A stretch of 62,990 nt of DNA, the filler included, from Globobulimina sp. (taxonomy: Eukaryota): NCBI GenBank assembly GCA_003354225.1. It is 36 parts of 36 records of this genome, joined end to end, with 100 filler letters (N's around TTAATTAATTAA, not from the genome) between each part and the next. Parts side by side here need not be neighbours in the genome. Positions count along the whole stretch, not along the records: positions 61,340 to 62,990 come from PIVH01013601.1; 35 more parts are not named here. One strand, 5' to 3'. Positions within the stretch are counted from its first letter, which is position 1. Every line of letters begins with the position of its first letter. Below, piece after piece: positions 61,360 to 62,990 of the stretch. The notes under the pieces were generated by a model that worked only from the letters and a program-made list of their open reading frames with translations, was not told the DNA's origin and did no database searches. The translations under genes and the position numbers were made by a program.

Positions 61360-62990
61360 TCATTTTGAACCAAAGAAATGATGCGATTTCTTATGCTTTC
61401 TATTTTTTTTTATATGCGGATACAACTCATCCACAAGTTTCGTATGCCACACTTGAAAATTCACTAAAAACTCACATTCACTCAAATCGTTAGCTTCCCA
61501 CGATGCCAATGCGCTGTTTGACTCTGATTCTTCTTCGTCGGTCTCTTTACTCTCACATTCTAACTCTTCACTCTCCATAATCTCTATAATGCCAATCCCA
61601 GTATGCCCACCATTCATTTCCTCCTCTTTCTTATCAATATTTGCTTGTATCGGTGTTGGTGTACATGTTTTGTCAATATTTGCCAATGGAAGCACCACAG
61701 TGGCAATTTGCATCGGTGATGGCATATAAGTGTGAATGCCCCATTTCATCCCCAAGGCATGGATGGAATAGCTCGTCGGTGACAGCATGTGCGTATAACA
61801 CGAGATGGTGTAAACTAATCCGGGTCGAAAGTAGTATTCTTTCAAATGATGCAAATCATGAAAATAAGCCTTCCTATCCGTCCATTTCATGTTTGCAAAC
61901 TTGTCGTCCAAAAGCGAGACATCCTCCTTTGGCTCGGCGGGCAATGCAATCTCTGCGCCGGCTTTGCAGATTGAGAAAACCTGGGCGGCGGAGGCTAATG
62001 GCGACATCATATATGGCGTCGTACTGTTTATGTCTGCTTCTGTGCAGTGCAATTTGTATTTTATTTTATAGAAATTTCAAGTATTAATGATAGAATTAAT
62101 TTAACTCAATGCGGGCGCCAAGGCTTTGACTAATTTGATACCGGCAGAGATTATATATTGCCCCGGTAATTTGGTGAAAGGTTTCTCGAATATTTGCCCA
62201 GTGTATAACCGATCAAAACAGATTCTTCGTTTAAATTGACCCTATATTTAGCATATTATATTAATTATATATTATACTTTTAATGAATTGATTTAACTTG
62301 AAATGTAAAGTCCATTTTCCTGTTTCTGCCCTTGAAGTATGCTTTGTCGGTGGTGTCTAAACCAATGGCTCGCACAATAGCTTGGCCGCGAAATAATGAA
62401 GATTCAAATTGGAAGACTGTGTTTAACGGGATAGCGACTTGTGGGTCATAGTTAGTGTGGGTGTAATCAGCAACAGTCGGATTTACACATAATAATAATT
62501 TATTATCTATCCAATTCTCGGCTGGTAATGGTGGCCCTATGCTTGAGTCTGCATTGTACAATGAATGATGGTCAAGAATTATATGATTCTTTTTGTGTGT
62601 ATTGGGTGTCATAAACGATAAGGTCAGACTCTTCATAACCCGAATAATATTGAAGAGTGCGGCTGAAGAATCCCTGAGTCCCCTCTTCCGCATCAAGGGT
62701 GGACGCATCATGTTACAGCTGACAAATTGGGCACCTGCGCTCTTTGACGGATGCCTCATGGCTGCTTGGAGCCAACACTGGGGCCGCAACTGTAGTTCCT
62801 ACTTTTTCGACCTGTCTCCCGCCGAGGGCTCGCTCCCATATGACGTATGTCCGCTCCTGCTGGCGCCAGCGACCTCCGCATCCAGGCTTGCACCCTCGCG
62901 AACTCCAGGTGCTTCTGCTGCATCTGCGATGATGTTGATGACCTGAGAACTACAGCCTCCCTCAAGAAGAAGGTAACAAGTTGCAACCTA
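61360..62990 (-). CDS. DUF1769-like protein (introns 62242-62297 and 62040-62105), 5'-partial
   Basis: FESSLFRG......YFKGRNRKMDFTFQ|GQFK...TGQIFEKP...APAL|KAD...PYMMSPL...F.PGLVYT. Confidence 0.75.

Overview
The window is not one locus. It is 36 unlinked contigs of about 1,651-1,654 bp, sorted by length and joined by 100-nt artificial spacers (N44-TTAATTAATTAA-N44), so adjacency only means something within a contig. Most contigs are AT-rich eukaryotic DNA with short (56-68 bp) GT-AG introns, and the gene repertoire suggests a rhizarian protist, probably a foraminiferan (inference). At least one contig (56085-57737) looks metazoan, so the set may be a mixed bin. Recognisable genes include an SLC49-like MFS transporter, dynein LC8, an axonemal dynein heavy chain, a RING/TRAF zinc-finger protein, a C-type lectin, a DUF4804 protein, copine, PARP16-like, a sulfatase, a class C GPCR, gelsolin-like, Pus10, a USP, tandem ELO elongases and a DUF1769 protein. 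Mobile DNA includes a DIRS/Ngaro-type tyrosine recombinase, two related RNase H-bearing non-LTR remnants and MITE-like repeats. The two best leads are (1) an intron-containing gene in which histone H2B reads in frame into an H2A N-terminal signature, i.e. a fused H2B-H2A doublet histone missed by the ORF track, and (2) a 1,533-bp circular or tandem unit with iteron-like repeats, a hairpin-rich GC block and two orphan ORFs. All family assignments come from motif recognition by eye; no database search was run.
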